Assembly (NCBI GenBank): GCA_020248265.1
Contig: JADCHX010000004.1
Coordinates: forward strand, 103,473 to 167,472
Source of the DNA: Rhodocyclaceae bacterium
Lineage (GTDB): Bacteria > Pseudomonadota > Gammaproteobacteria > Burkholderiales > CAIKXV01
Length of the DNA stretch: 64,000 bases
Direction of reading: 5' to 3'
A program made the translations under genes and the position numbers. The notes below the pieces were generated by a model, which saw only the letters and a list, made by a program, of their open reading frames with translations, made no database searches and was not told the origin of the DNA. Shown here piece after piece: positions 62,901 to 64,000 of this stretch (position 1 is its first letter; the number at the start of each line of letters is the position of its first letter).

Positions 62901-63797
62901 CTACAGGTACTGCCGGAACCAGGCGATCGTCTCGGCATACACGACCTGGCACATCTCGGTGTTGCGGAACTCGTAGCTGTCGTAGTGGCCGGCCTTCGGA
63001 AGCTTGACCAGCTTCTTCGGTTCGCCGCACTTCTCGTGGCAGATCAGCTGCTGTTCGGGCGGCACCAGGTTGTCGTGCTCTGCATAGATGGTGAGCACGG
63101 GGCGCGGGCTGATCTTGTCCACGACCCAGTCCGGGCGGTAGCGCATCACCGCCTCGCCGCTCTCGATGTCGCGCTCCTCGCTCTGGAACGTGTGGCCGGC
63201 CTGCGCATGCATCTCGCGCTGCCGCTGCGATTCCGGATCGCGCAGCATGATTTCGCCGTTGGGCACCAGCGTCGACTGGCCGGTCACCACGCGCTGGCGT
63301 GCCTCCTGCAGCACGCGCTCCTTGAATGCAAGCCACTCCCACGGCCGGCGAATCCGGCGCATCCACTCCTCGCCGTTCATCACGCCCACGCTGGTGACCA
63401 GCACCTTCACGCGTTCATCGTGCGCGGTGACCCATACGCCGTTGGCGCCGCCGAAGCTGGTGCCGTAGATCGCCAGGCGCTCCGGATCGATGCCGTCCAC
63501 CGTCTGCATGTAGCTCAGTGCGTCGTAGGTGTTCTGCGCCTGTTCGAGCGGCCGGTGCCGGTTGCGCTTGCCCTCGCTCTTGCCGAATCCGACATAGTCG
63601 TAGCCGAGCACGAACCAGCCCTCGGCGCACAGCCGCTTCATCATGTGCGTGCAGTCGGCCTGCGTGTTGCCGCTGTAGCCGGCCAGCACCAGGATGCCCG
63701 GGCGCGGCGCATCGCCCGGCTTCCAGTCGACCGGCGTGTAGAGGTAGCCGGCGATACGGTCGCCGTCGCTGAAGAAGGTGACTTCGGTGTGTTCCAT
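62901..63797 (-). CDS. alpha/beta hydrolase
   Basis: 298 aa. PGILVLAGYSG, nucleophile elbow YGTSFGG and KAGHYD. Confidence 0.75.
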   Translation of the reverse strand: MEHTEVTFFSDGDRIAGYLYTPVDWKPGDAPRPGILVLAGYSGNTQADCTHMMKRLCAEGWFVLGYDYVGFGKSEGKRNRHRPLEQAQNTYDALSYMQTVDGIDPERLAIYGTSFGGANGVWVTAHDERVKVLVTSVGVMNGEEWMRRIRRPWEWLAFKERVLQEARQRVVTGQSTLVPNGEIMLRDPESQRQREMHAQAGHTFQSEERDIESGEAVMRYRPDWVVDKISPRPVLTIYAEHDNLVPPEQQLICHEKCGEPKKLVKLPKAGHYDSYEFRNTEMCQVVYAETIAWFRQYL

Positions 63798-63843
63798 GTG
63801 CGTCGTCCGGTAAAGAAGGGATGGATGGCGTTGTGGGGCGGGG

Positions 63844-64000
63844 CTACTCGGCCTTGATGCCCATTTCGCGGATCACCCGGGCCCACAGGGCGGTTTCGTC
63901 GGCGATCACCTTGCGGAAGGCCTCGGGTGTGCTGCCGACGACGTCGGCCCCTTCGCGCGCGAAGCGCTCGGCGACCTCCGGTGAACGCGCTGCCTTGACC
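63844..64000 (-). CDS. Bug/TctC-family periplasmic solute receptor, C-terminal end (5' part outside window)
   Basis: The minus frame ends ...EAFRKVIADETALWARVIREMGIKAE, then TAG at 63844-46. Confidence 0.6.
   Translation of the reverse strand, partial: VKAARSPEVAERFAREGADVVGSTPEAFRKVIADETALWARVIREMGIKAE

Noticed and set aside
1-64000. Search for tRNA, rRNA, CRISPR arrays, integrase genes and intact transposases.
   Set aside because: No T-loop-like GGTTCGAATCC-type motifs, no rRNA-like conserved stretches, no regularly spaced short repeats and no intact recombinase ORFs were seen by eye. The scan was manual, so small ncRNAs could have been missed.

Overview
64-kb, very GC-rich segment (most lines roughly 65-75% G+C by eye). 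The gene content fits a Burkholderiales-type betaproteobacterium. That is an inference from the extreme expansion of Bug/TctC periplasmic solute receptors: 13 complete and 2 partial copies, with no tctA/tctB. Most of the window is a patchwork of small catabolic modules. Each pairs a Bug receptor with enzymes: cupin, acyl-CoA dehydrogenase, M20 peptidase, amidase, two MmgE/PrpD paralogues, racemase-like proteins, an FMN hydroxyacid dehydrogenase and alpha/beta hydrolases. Two modules have divergent LysR regulators. Four things stand out. (i) An SbcD-like/YhaN-like nuclease-ATPase pair is followed by a protein with an N-terminal SEC-C motif. (ii) A co-directional block of cytochrome b561, opgH and an unknown lipoprotein is followed by a translationally coupled five-gene operon: RibD_C-type reductase, MDR dehydrogenase, non-canonical PTPS-fold protein, GT4 glycosyltransferase and methyltransferase. 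This operon is my best candidate for an undescribed system, hypothetically a glycosylated pterin-like metabolite. (iii) A ~12-kb mosaic segment (48.3-60.9 kb) is bracketed by directly repeated, dead IS91-family transposase fragments. It is rich in lipoproteins and carries an orphan RlmN/Cfr-family radical-SAM methyltransferase. (iv) There is a decaying vapBC module and at least five further gene remnants. I saw no rRNA, tRNA or CRISPR array. All functional calls rest on motif recognition by eye, since no database search was possible. Start codons are often uncertain.
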